From Styela clava (Eukaryota), in the NCBI RefSeq assembly GCF_964204865.1, contig NC_135261.1, positions 15,376,001 to 15,440,000 on the forward strand: 64,000 bases of DNA. The letters run 5' to 3'. Positions 24,448 through 37,340 of the stretch are shown here, piece by piece (within the stretch, counting starts at the first letter, position 1; each line of letters starts with the position of its first letter). The position numbers were made by a program, and so were the translations under genes. A model generated the notes under the pieces. It had not been told where the DNA came from. It ran no database searches and worked only from the letters and a program-made list of their open reading frames with translations.

Positions 24448-26257
24448 GATATGTTCAGTGCGAAACCAAGTTCAGGCTTGAAAAAGCTTTACTATCGACA
24501 AATGTTGCTTCATTTCGATAATTTTTAATTTCGTTCCCTGTAAAATATATTTTGGTCTTTCCGTTAATTTAGCTGCTATACTTTCGTACTATATATATAT
24601 ATTTTGTCAATTAAATTCATATGCAATAATTTTTTTTCGAAAAGATCCGCTTTGTGAAACTTCCTCCAACTCAAATATTTCTCTGACTGTACAGAAAACA
24701 GCAAGAAAAGAACAGTACAAAACTAAGCATGGCCCAAAAGGTAAGATATTGGCATCAATGTATGTATGTATGCCATCGGTTGGTTGGACGAATCAAATAA
24801 TTAGATTGTCTCTTTTGCGTCATAGCACAATAGACTGAATGGCATTATTAGCGATCACTCCAAATACACAAGCGTTCGCATCGATATACAAAGAATATCG
24901 TGACTGGAATATTAATTAATACTTCTAGTTATTCATAACCTCTGTAACTCGTGAGATGCCGCGAGAAATTGAATATTGTTTTATGTGGCCGAAATATTTT
25001 ACACTACAGCACAATACCACTCGTTGAGTTGGCCACTCGAGTCTCTGATGAAGGACTACTCGACATCTCAGATGAATAGTTGTCTTTAAGTTGAACGAAC
25101 ATTTTTGAAAGCTGATGAGCTTTATAGACAAGAATGTGTTCAGTGGACAGGATAAAGCTCAGGTTGCTTTGATATGAAAACATGTTTGCAATCATTGTGG
25201 AAATATGCTCGTTTTATTTTTTTTCTAATAATGATATACTTTTAAACTTCAGTTTTTTGTTACGGTGATATCGCTGAATAATGAGACAATTACTGCATTA
25301 TACTGACGTAGTGTTGGTGTTGCAGAAGTTGATGAAATCCAGATTGTGCAAAGTTTGAGTTTTGCCAGTTACTTGCAATTTTGTGGCATTCTGATTAATA
25401 TGTGAGACCTTCCACTATATGTGAATTACCAATGCGTTCGTTTATTTCAGATGTGAATTAAAACGTAAAATCGAAATAAATACGTAAATACTCTCAATAT
25501 GATGGGGAAAACTGTTTGCAGGTTATTTTAGGTGGAGGAACAAACGAATATAACCTTTTTCAAACAATCTGTAACGTTAGTTTGTTGAATTACATTCATC
25601 GAGGTTGTTAAGAGTTATCCGTAAATTTATGCAAAAAGTATGGAGGAAAGGGAAATATTTTAAAATGTTATTTAAATCAATCTTTTGGTACTTTGGTACC
25701 ATAATAATTATATGTGCTCACTCTGTTAAGTTGAATTTTGAAAATAATACATGAAAGGCCTTTTTTTGTATAAAAGTGTTTACAGCTGCAAATTATTCGT
25801 AGGGATTTTATGGGGGATGAAGTTCAGTATGTGCCAACAAAATGCGTACATCCAAATCTTCTAATGCGAGGATATAGCCTACTTTGTCACTACAATTTTG
25901 ATGGCATTAATAAACCATATTTTTTCTTTACTCTTGTTGATTAAAATCTCAATTACATTCTGTAACTCATACCTACTACATCTATACTACAAAAGCGTAT
26001 GGTTTTGCAAATCAAACTATAACTACTTCTTTTACATTTAAGCAATTATAATTTTGAATTTTTGGCAAGAATAACGCTTGTTTTGGTGAATATTTTACAT
26101 TGACAATACTTCATTTATGTGAGTTTGTTTCCGAATATGTAGCATGTTTATATTAAACACTTACAAGTGTTACACACTATAGCTAGCAATAATTAAACAG
26201 TTGTTATTCAGTAGGCCTATAAATCACAAATATTCGTTTTTGAGTCACCGTTTAGAA

Positions 26258-27658
26258 CAGGGGTCATCAAACTTTTTTGACCGCGGGCCGGGTATGACTC
26301 AAATTGTGTTGAAACGGGCCGGATGAATATTTTTGTCAATGCAATACAATAAATTCACAAATGTTGGGAATATCGCAGAATATAGATCGAGAACATCCTA
26401 GGAAAAAAATTAACAAGATTTCTATATCTAGACAATTATCCTGAGTTTAGCTGTTATCAAAACGTTGCTGTCATGAATTAGAAATGTTACAAAATCCGCG
26501 GCAAAAAATGTACGCATCACGTCTGCTCGTAAATATATACTACTACGGTCTGCTAAGTACCGTTACGCCGAGTTGAAATACCGCTCATAAAAACGACTAC
26601 CTGCTGTAGCTTGGAATTCTATGAAATTTTGACATAAACTATTATCTGGTATTTGATTTTTTTCATTAGCGCATAAATTTCACAACATTCGACGCTTTTA
26701 AAAATTACGCTCCAGTTATACGTAGTGCAAATTAATGATATTGTCTATGGACACCAATAAAATGTATGTGGACGTGTGTATTTCTTTCCTAACTTGATAC
26801 AATTTTTATGAAGTTCGTACAATCAGCACATCGTTAATTATTACCCACAATGAACCACTGTCAAACTATCATGCCCAACTCCAGCGTTTATTTGCAACGA
26901 TCTTTTGGCGGTGTCAATGACCGTTGCCAGAATAAAATTCTGAAATAGTCTCAATATACCATAGATGTGACGCACATCGAAAGATTAGTGATTGATATGT
27001 GTTATTTTTCCATATTTAGTTTAGTTTTTATCAAAAAAGTAATACAATCATTATGGAAAAAATTGGCCTGTCGGGCGGTACTAAAATTCCGATATATCCG
27101 TTATTTCTTAACCATTTATTATAAACTTGGTATTGTTTTCTATTTTTACTCAGATTTTTCCACTGGAGCAGTTTTTATTTAAATCGGATGGACTTCAATT
27201 TTTTTGTAACATACCTACATGAATATCCGCATTAAAGCAGTACAAAAGTTAGTGTGGCTTTTGAAATTGGAGCAGTACGCGAGGGATTACAGTACTGCAC
27301 AAAATGCACATTCGACGTTTATTTTAGCACAAAAAACAAACAGTTTTGTCGAAAGCACGCGCCACGAGTGTACAAGTGTATCGCAGAAAACGTTACGTAC
27401 TGGTAGCATTCAAAGTCGCAAAAACGACGTTTTGTTTACAACCACGACTGAAAATCTGTCAAGATGACAAAAGCGTCTGAGCGGACTGACTTTTTTGCAT
27501 ATTGCCGATGGGCCAATGTTACGAAATAAACAAAGACGACGATGCTCGTGAAAATCTCCCTTGGAAAAAATTTAGCCATTTTTGTGTGTTATTGCGGACC
27601 GGATAAAATGACGCCGCGGGCCGGATCCGGCCCGCGGGCCGTAGTTTGGTAACCCCTG
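26258..27658. mobile_element. Non-autonomous hAT (Buster/Charlie) element, 1.4 kb
   Basis: TIRs CAGGGGTCATCAAACT / AGTTTGGTAACCCCTG; subterminal cgcgggcc repeats; perfect TSD GTTTAGAA. Confidence 0.92.
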
Positions 27659-30600
27659 GTTTAGAACAAATGCAGTATGTGAAAACGCTTTTATTCTATT
27701 TATTTGGGCGGGTCATAACTAAACACTGTAAAAGTACAGTTTTTTTATTTTCCAATTTACGCTCGTATTAAAACGCCCTAAAAAAGGCGCGCCCTTTTTA
27801 AAAGGGCAAACATAGCAAAGTTATGACACAAGTCATAAAATGAGTCTACCTTTGGACATCGAACATTAACCTTCTCTCGAACATTACCCCCGAATTACCT
27901 GAAATATGCAGTAATTAATATTTGGGAATATGGAAGATAATCACTCAAGCAATCTACCAATCATTGTAATATATAATATATAATAATATTGTAATATAGC
28001 GAAAGGGCGATTTGAGTGTGTATCTCCTACATAGCGTACAAAAAGCAGACTTGTAAACGACATAATTAGACCCAACTAGACAAATAGATCTAACTACTTT
28101 AGGAGTCAACTTAAATTTCTGACATTTTATGCTACTATTCTGTTCGATAAATCACACATTTAGTTTCGCAATTTTGATGATTAATTAAACATACCCTTTG
28201 TATGACGTAATATGTTAGTAATGCAAATAATGTCACAAAGACTTTTTGAACTATTTTTTTGGAATTTATCAATGGAATTCTTTTGTGAATTGCACGCCTG
28301 AGTATTGAGACTTCATAATATTCTGGAATGTACTATATATGCGCATAATAGTAACTTGTTAACTTTCAACGTTTCGAATTAGGCTGTAGATTTTTGAAAT
28401 TTAAATACTTCATATTACTCGTTTGGAGAACGTTCTTTTGACATTCCACACGCCGAATTAAATCTTGACGAGTATTTTATGGCAGTAATGTATTGAATTT
28501 CTTTGTTCGCCTGGTCACCTAAATTCAACCTCCCGTGTAAGCATTGTTTACGTGAGCGTTGAGAGATAGCACGAATCCGGACAACGGATTTGAGCGCTAG
28601 TGGCACGGATATAGTCTGATGTATTGGTTAGTTTGGTTTTAATCTGCTGCATTGATCTTATTATTTCGACAAATACTATCACTTTCTGAATGAGACCCGA
28701 TGTGTATTGTTTTAGATAAATCTGGAAGAAATTTTCTATATATATTTTGGAATCAATTTTAGTAGGTTTTTTACGTGGGGCTTTATTGTAAATTGTCAGT
28801 AAAAACCCAGCACGATTTTATTGAACTCAGTGTAACTCAATGTACTTCATTTATTTATTTATTTTACCTGTTCACGTAGTACCTGGCGATAGATCATTCA
28901 TGAAATGTGGATGACTAGGCCTATAGAATAAAGTTTATAATTCTCAGAAATGTAGCCAATTATATTTTTCATTTTTAAACATTAGTTATTAATATTAATT
29001 TTACGCCATATATGGAATCCTCTTATATTTTTATATAGGTTTTGAATTCATATAATTACAGAAAAATTGACATTAATTTTACTGCCTATGGTACCTTTTA
29101 TTGGCGACATGTCACAATCTAACAATAAATTTCTTTTTGTTTGCAATGTGATGAAACCCGGTTCTACAATCATATCCTTGGGAACATGGGCAAATAGAAC
29201 AGTCATCGAAACGGGGTATATATTCGTGTATATATATAGATTGATGTCGCACAATGGGGAAATCTCATTATAAGTGTTTGTACCGAATAAGCGATTACAT
29301 TAGTTTTATATCAGTACAGTCAGGGAAGAGGATAAATTTATGGAGGCCAGTCGCAACTGGAAAGCACTTTATACGAAAAGGATATTGGACTGTCAGCTTA
29401 ATTTTACGATAACTCACGTACGATTGTACAAGCGCACAATACAACGGAATAATTGATTATTTGGAAATTTCATGACTTTCTTATTATCTTCTTCTTAGAA
29501 TTAATTTGTTTACGAAATCATTTACCTATAGGTAATAATTATCAGATCAATTTATTTTGTTGTTAATATATATTAGATCAAACTGCCGTTTTTTTATTAT
29601 CAATTTTCAACTCGGCATAAAATAGAATGAAAAAATTGACATCAAAACCTATCAATTTTTTTGACCATAAAGAAACATTAAAATTGTCTACAAAAAGTAG
29701 GTTTTAATTCAATGTTTAAGATATTATTCAATACAATAGATATTTCAATCATATACTTGAGACATAGCGACGCAAGTTCGTGTACCATTATAAAAGGAAT
29801 TATACAAACAATTCTCCGTCCCATTTTATCGTTCCTATATAGGTATTATGGAATATCTTCTTCATCGGCGAAAGTGTACGTCAAGGATACTCAAAACCAG
29901 CCCCATGGCGAGAATTTCCTTTGTGAAGACGTGAAAGTTAGATCAATACCCAGATAGAAATACTCATAGTTTATACTCTAGCAAACAAGGAATAAGAAAA
30001 AAGGGACCAAGGTACGGATATGTGGAATATACGTGTTACAACTAAATTTTTAATCTGATTTGTGAGAAGTAGAAGAGCAAAGTAAACTTCAATAAAATCT
30101 TAACAAAGCTAAAGTTTGTGTCGTTGTGCGACAAGACGACAAAAACGATTTATTTTAAAGTTCAGATTGTTTGACAGAAAAATCCAACCTGTTTCAATTT
30201 GTATTAAGTAAATTAGTATAGTTTTAGAACTCTTGGGAAGTTATGAAAAAAATCAACTTATTCTGATAGCAAGGTTTTATAAATTCAAAAATTTGCAACT
30301 AAAACCAGGAAATTGAAATTGCGACTACATCGAAATATGATAGATTGGTCTGTAATAAAACTATAATTTTTACGTGACATTGTCATTTGGTATAGCCTGT
30401 AATTCTATAGCACAGTTTGGTTGTCGAGAAATTTTCAAACTATTTCCACCATGTTATCACAACATTGATAATTTCGTTTATTTTACGACCATATACATGG
30501 CTAAGAGAATTGTTAAAAAAAGACAGCATAACCTAAGCTATACTGTTTCAGGTTAATAATTTTTAGGGAAACATCTGTTGAATTCAATATTGACTATTTT

Positions 30601-31956
30601 ATGTCACGTCGATCGGATCATCATTAGTAGCGGGGAAATACTGTATATTTAAGTACAATCAACCATGGTTATTGTAGATTTGCGCCTCGAAGATGCGTAT
30701 GTAAAAATCGATTTATTTTTTTTTTTTATTTGTATATTTTATTGCGTTTTCATGGAATTATATAACAGAATTGGAATCCATTATGCGCGACCTCAAAACG
30801 AGCAAGTATTTACAAGACATGTTTGCACAACTGTTTATTGCAATTCGCAAAAGAATGATCGGCTTTTCTATATACTCCCACTTTTGAGTGTAAACTTGGT
30901 TCAATTGTAATGGTTGGTTTAAATTCATTCAATAATATTTCCCTGTTTAAAAAAGCCTTTGATTGTTTCTGAGAAAACGCAGAAGTACTGATATATTCTT
31001 TTAAAATCATTTCATTCGGTTCCACACGTTTTCTGGCAGAATATGTTGGTTATATTTTAAAAACACTGTCTTATGTGCTGAGATTGCTTAAACTGTTTAT
31101 TGGTATTCATTTTTTGTTCATACTTTGTGTTTGTTATTAAATGGATCTCACAGTGTGGTGATAGCAAATGGTAATTAGCTTATTCTAAAAGGGGTTCAAG
31201 GGTATTTTAATAGCCATTGTAATTTGTCCCTCAAAAAATTGGAAAATAGTAAACTAACAGACACTCTGACACTTAAAACCAAAAGTTGAAAATGGATAGA
31301 TCTGATCCTATCTATAATAATAAGCTAGTGAATTAGGATTACTAAAACAACAGCAACCAACGTCTATTCACAAAAGCTATGTACAAATTCCTTCAAATTA
31401 TGAAATATTTTATGAGACGTGAGTGAAACCATAGTTTCAATTTAAAACTGACATAGATCTCAACATTTCTCGTGGGCGTTTCTCCATTAATATGGTACTT
31501 GACATAACAAATGACAGTTTCTTTAATTGCGAAACATTCCTTTGCGAACACGTGACGCCGAGGGCGCGGTCTGGATAATAAAACGTTGAAACATTCCTGT
31601 TTCTGTTTATTGTTAGAAATGTTTGCCATTAATTCAGAAGATTTTATATTCGTTTGCGGGACTTTCCACGTAAATTGAATTTTGATTTTTATGAAATATT
31701 ATCCAGGCCAGTTTAATGATCGACGGTAACATCCAATCTTCCTAATTTTCTTTTACATTTACAGTTTGCGTTCTTGGCAACTGTAAATCTGCGGTAAATT
31801 CTGGTAACAATCATAGGTGTTCTGCCTGGCAACCACGAATAGATAAGCAAGGTCTAAGTTTGTTAGGTACCCATTTCCATCTTTAATTTCTACCGATAAT
31901 ATAAGGATTTTAAATGAAGAATTACTAACCGGATATATGCAATTACATATTTGTTA

Positions 31957-32250
31957 GGGTACTCCCGTAGTGTGTGTACCAGGTGAGGGTTAAGGCATAA
32001 TTTTATTACGGTTTTCCTTATTTTAGTTCTATTACTAGTTCGGGGACTATCTGTGTTAGCCAAGTGAATAATCCCCTGCCAATAGGCTTTCGTCCTTTTA
32101 ACCAGCATATGTGACACTAATATTCCAAGAAATTTATAATCTCACAAAAAGACCTAGAAGTCTTGTAGTGCTGAAGTATGCGCGCGGAATAATGAGAATA
32201 TGAAATGCTTAAACAACTTCATGTAAAGTAGGCAAACAAAATTAGTGTTA
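31957..32250 (+). mobile_element. MITE family copy (cccgtagtgtgtgtacc termini), interrupted
   Basis: Homologous to 36449-36672 (reverse), 46221-46422 and 3535-3650/1-95. Confidence 0.75.
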
Positions 32251-35200
32251 GTATTTTACATCTTTACTTCTAGCACGAATCTAATCGAGTAATTTATAAC
32301 ATTATTTGTTGTTATTTATTTTTATTATTTATCTTATCAGAAGAATAATCTAGATTTTCTGCTCATCACTGAAGACACTATAATTAGTATTACAAGATAA
32401 AAAAAAAAAAAATTGTGCAGAAAAGGGGAGTCATATGAGTTTTTTCGGTAACTTTCACTCGATACGAATATTTTAGAAGTTCTGTCACCGATGATATAAT
32501 GCTTTATATATTTTATTGAATATAAAATTTCCAAGCAAAATATTTGTTAAAAATATGATTCCATAAATTCCCAATATTTAATAAAATTTATGTTAGAAAA
32601 TGATTACTGTCAATGATTTCAAAAGTAAAAATATGACTTCAAAACTGAATTCAAAATTAAATCTTTCCCAATATGAATTACGAAACGGAACATTACGTAA
32701 TGATTTATGGCACGTGGTTCTGATTCTGACATGCACTCATTAGATTTTCATTCATGTATTGTAAGAACAATTTACAATCTCCACAATGCATACAAATAAT
32801 GTACAAAGGCCACAGGAAGATTGCAATACTGTTAGATTCCAACGAAAACTTTACTTCTAATTATGCGTTAAACCCTGACCGGTTCTATATTTATTGATAT
32901 CGTTAATATTGTAACATTTCCCATTTTAATTTACTATTTTATTACAAAAATGCAGTAAAAATATAGGTGTATAGGTGCATGACACATACTTATATACTGT
33001 GTGAATGTTAGCCAGATAAACATTTGCCTTTCCAAAAATACGTATATGTATAACAGTGTACGATTTACCCAAGAACAATATTAGAGCGAATGTTTATCAT
33101 CGGTTGAATATGTCGTAGTCATATGTACATAATGTTATTGAGTTTACTGGAGTATTATGTCATCCGTGGGAACTTATAATAGCGTGGAAGAATAAAATAT
33201 CATATGCAATCACTAGCACGTTTGACCACGATCGATCGCCAATTTTCGTATAGTTTTTTCACAATGATTTTCCACTATTAATTTGAAGTGCTATAATTTA
33301 TACATCGTTTTGTTTTGCTAGTATAAGGTTTGCTTAATATATGTGTATAGGTTATAGAATTTAGTCAACAAAATGGAATTAAACTTTTGTGCTGAGATTT
33401 CTCGACCCTCTCGAATGTTTCCTCAGAGTTCCGCTTCACCAAAATGGCTGGAACCACTGCTCTGAACTAACTACCGATAATAAATTTTCAATATATTTAT
33501 CTATATATATATAGATATATATATATTATATACTAGGTCACTTTTTTATTATCTTTTACCCGGTTTGCGTGAGCTCACCTGTCTTGATTTTAATAATCAT
33601 AAATTAATGCGTATAAAATGCTTTGATTAGTTTGCATTTGCGTTTAGCAAACATTGAAAATAAAAGGACATATATGGGCATATTTAAGTTCCGTTCCGTA
33701 TAAAGCATCACATGGTATATATAAATAAAACTGTCTTTTTGTTATGTATATAGCAAGAATTACTTGATGATGCAGGAGTTATGGGAAAACTCGAAATGGC
33801 GTGATTTCGATTATTATTCATTGGTAATGCTATACGTAACGGAAATATTCTTTCCAGTGTCGAAGGATATTGCTGTGGGCAGGACATAGCGAAAGCATTG
33901 GCCAAAATGTCATTTCGCTGATTAAGGTTTTTATTCCCAAGTTCCATAGATAGACAAAGATTTCAACCTGTCAGGTTTTAGAATTTACAGTGCAATGTCT
34001 TAGCAGAGACTCTTTCGGATTGAAAAATAGAGTGAATTTTTGCATACAGATAAAGCAACAAACGCAGTATATCTAAAATAACACTCATTTTAAAAGAATG
34101 ACCTAGTATGCTAAACATCATATACATTATAGTAGCAAACTTCTTTTAACGATTATTTGTCGAGAGAGTGATGAAGCCACTATTTACTGCGAAAAATAAT
34201 TTTAAAAACAATAATTAAAAGACTGAATAAATTTACATTTAGATATTTATTATGAAAAGAAATTCCTAACTTGTAAACCAAATATTACGCGTGCGAGTTA
34301 TTTAATATTTACCTATATATATATATGTTTTATTCTCACGAAAGCTATATTATAAAAAGAAATCGTAAAAATACCGATTTAACAAAGGGTGCCCAATAAA
34401 GTCAAACTTATTACATATATTATACCCATTCACATATAATATTTAATGGTTAGGCTTTTATTGAAATTTTGTGAAAAGTCTTTAAAAATCCCAAAATCTA
34501 GGCCTTTATTTGCGAATCTTAAAAACAATTTATCCCATATAAATTGGTTTTATTAGATTTTTGAAGTAGAATATCCTGTTTAATAAAGAAGCGCAGTCGA
34601 TATGGTTGGTATTGGGTACATATGAGTAATTGGCAGAAACGATTGTGCGTGTATTGAATTGTCTCGTGATTTGATGATTTCACGGATACTATGGTTGGGG
34701 ACAATCATATCAATACATTTGCCGTAAAAAGCAGATAAGATAGTCGAGAGGTGCATAAACCACGTCTTCTCGTATGAATATTACCAACTTAGAAAGTATA
34801 TGATATACCATATATTTGCATCAATTTTTGAGGGGGTTACTATCAGATATGAGGCCTACATTTATTATTTCGTGGGGCGATGGCGAAAATATATTCAACA
34901 GTTTAGGCAAGAGCTAATCGCTCAAATGCTACCGTTCGCTTAGAATAAGACATTTGCTCAAATCATTCAGACTAATATATGTACAACGGATGTCCGAGAC
35001 CACTTTTATCATAGTGGATTTTTCCCAATGGGTTTACTTACTGTCATTCCATAAATAGTAAATTTCCATAAATATAACGAGCAATGTCGCCATTTATTTA
35101 TTTTTCTATTTTGGAATACGTTATCAAGATCACATTCTTTGAAAGTTCCATTCACAATGATGTAATAGACATGGGTGTGAACGACGTGCCGAACGTGCTA

Positions 35201-36448
35201 TCAAGTACAAAATGGTCGTAATTACACCGCACAAAGCACCCGCCTAGCAACTTAGAAACATAAAGTTTTATGATGACAAAATTTCCCTTCATTTATCAAT
35301 CGTATTAAAATATATTTCTTTCTCCTACAGTATGAGGTATTAATAATTCATAAAAATATGTAGATGAATATTTGTTTGAAATAAATAATGAAACCACAGA
35401 AATAGGAAACTAGAATGTCAACAGAACTAATACAATTTCGTGAGATTGTAACGTTATCTGTATAAGCAAGTCGCGATTGGTTTAAGACTGTTCGTAAATT
35501 AGATTTTGAATTTCTGGTTATTTGTGCCGGTTACATTTATCGACTACTTTCATCTAGTGAGTTAGTGTTAGTCATTTTTGCGGACAATTATACATATATG
35601 TGAAATTCGTCCTAAAACTTAGAAGAGGTTTAGCATTATATCTTCTAAAACTAAAGTGTATTTGAGTAGAAAAGTCAGAGCTACAACAGTTCTTCTGATT
35701 GAAAACAGTGCAGGGTATATTGGGAACTACTGCCTATTATTTTAACTACTTGGGCAATCTACGACATTTATATATATAATTGTACTGTAATATTGCGTGT
35801 AATCTAATATCACAATGTATTCGGTATTGCGTGAATCAAAAGGAGACTACGTAGCACGTGCTTGAAGGGTTATTTCCATTTTTGGAAATATAGTATAGAA
35901 AGCACATGCACAAAAAAACTGTGTTATTATGTTAGATGTGAACAGTTTATGAGAATTCAAAAAATACTGCATAGCAATTGTGACCGAAAACTGTTTTTAT
36001 GTGATTGGATTCACCATAGCATATACTCAAAGTATTATTGCATGTATTTCATTTGAAACCGCACTCCACTTGGTATAAATTGTCGAAATTTTTGACTCAT
36101 TCTCTTTTATAGGAAGCATATTTGGTCACTGAGAAAAAAATCTGATTATTAAAATAGATGAGAAATGATTCGAATATATTTATTTAATTAACAATGTAAA
36201 TCAAAATTGTTCGAAGCGGTTGGAGCCACCTAGTTATGTATACATACGTCGTTTGTTACGTTTGTGATGGTATGCGTGATAAGACTTATGTTTATTCTAT
36301 TATGACGTTATGTGTCGTCACAATTGGTGGAAAGAGAGAAAAGACAAAATAAATAAAAGAAATTTGCTTAAAAAAAGTTCATGACCAATGTATTTTGACA
36401 AAGCTCAGTAGAATATTGAGACATGCGCATCGATAAGTGAAATTCAGT

Positions 36449-36672
36449 GCTCCAGTGTAGTGTGTGTACCGATATGGAGTTAACTAATTTTGTTCGCCTA
36501 CTTCACATCAAGTTGTGTAAAGGGACGGAAGCCTATGGGCAGAGGGGGAGTATTCACTTGGCTAACACAAACAGTCCCCGAACTCGTAATGAAACTAAAA
36601 TCGGAAAAATCGGAATAAAATTATGGTTTAACCCTAACCTGGTACACTATACACATACTACGGGAATACCCA
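36449..36672 (-). mobile_element. MITE family copy with imperfect TIRs
   Basis: Ends gtagtgtgtgtacc ... ggtacac...tactacggga; internal aaccctaacc; same family as 31957 and 46221. Confidence 0.75.
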
Positions 36673-37340
36673 AATTCTTCAAAGTGATAGTGGCCAAAGT
36701 GATAGCTTCGATAGATAATGACACATGAAAGTTATTTGCGATTTAACGCTTTTGGTAAAGCAATATTATGAATAACAAAATATTTAGGTATAAGGTTGTT
36801 TGAGACTGTTATCATGCTGCATAGTATGTCTATATATATATATATATATATAAATAAGTAAACGTCGAAAAGTCATTGCTATCAGGATTATTTATAGTTT
36901 TTTGTCAGAAAGCCACATCGAGAAAGACTTTTTTAATTTTTTTTTTGTTCAAAAGAAATATTTCGGAGGTTGAAGGAAATCCTGTGCAATTGTTTATTTG
37001 TCTAATACAAAAACGTCTATATCTAATTCACGTCTTTGCTAAAATAATATTTAATGCCGTAAAAGGAATCGTATAAACTAAAAATATATATATAAAAGCG
37101 AAATTATTACTGGAAAATTACGTAGCAAGTTTAATTATTAGCAAACCCAAAATTAGCCTGATAGTACAATATAAACGCTTTTTGTTGGAACCTACAAACC
37201 TGTACAAAATTTTATTTTTTCACAGATAAAGCATTTCGAGTATATCGAATTATTTACTTAGTTCATACATTATCATAAATTTCTTTTTTTAATAAAATTA
37301 TCTGCTCTTTTCAACCGAGAAACTTGCAGAATACTTCTAC

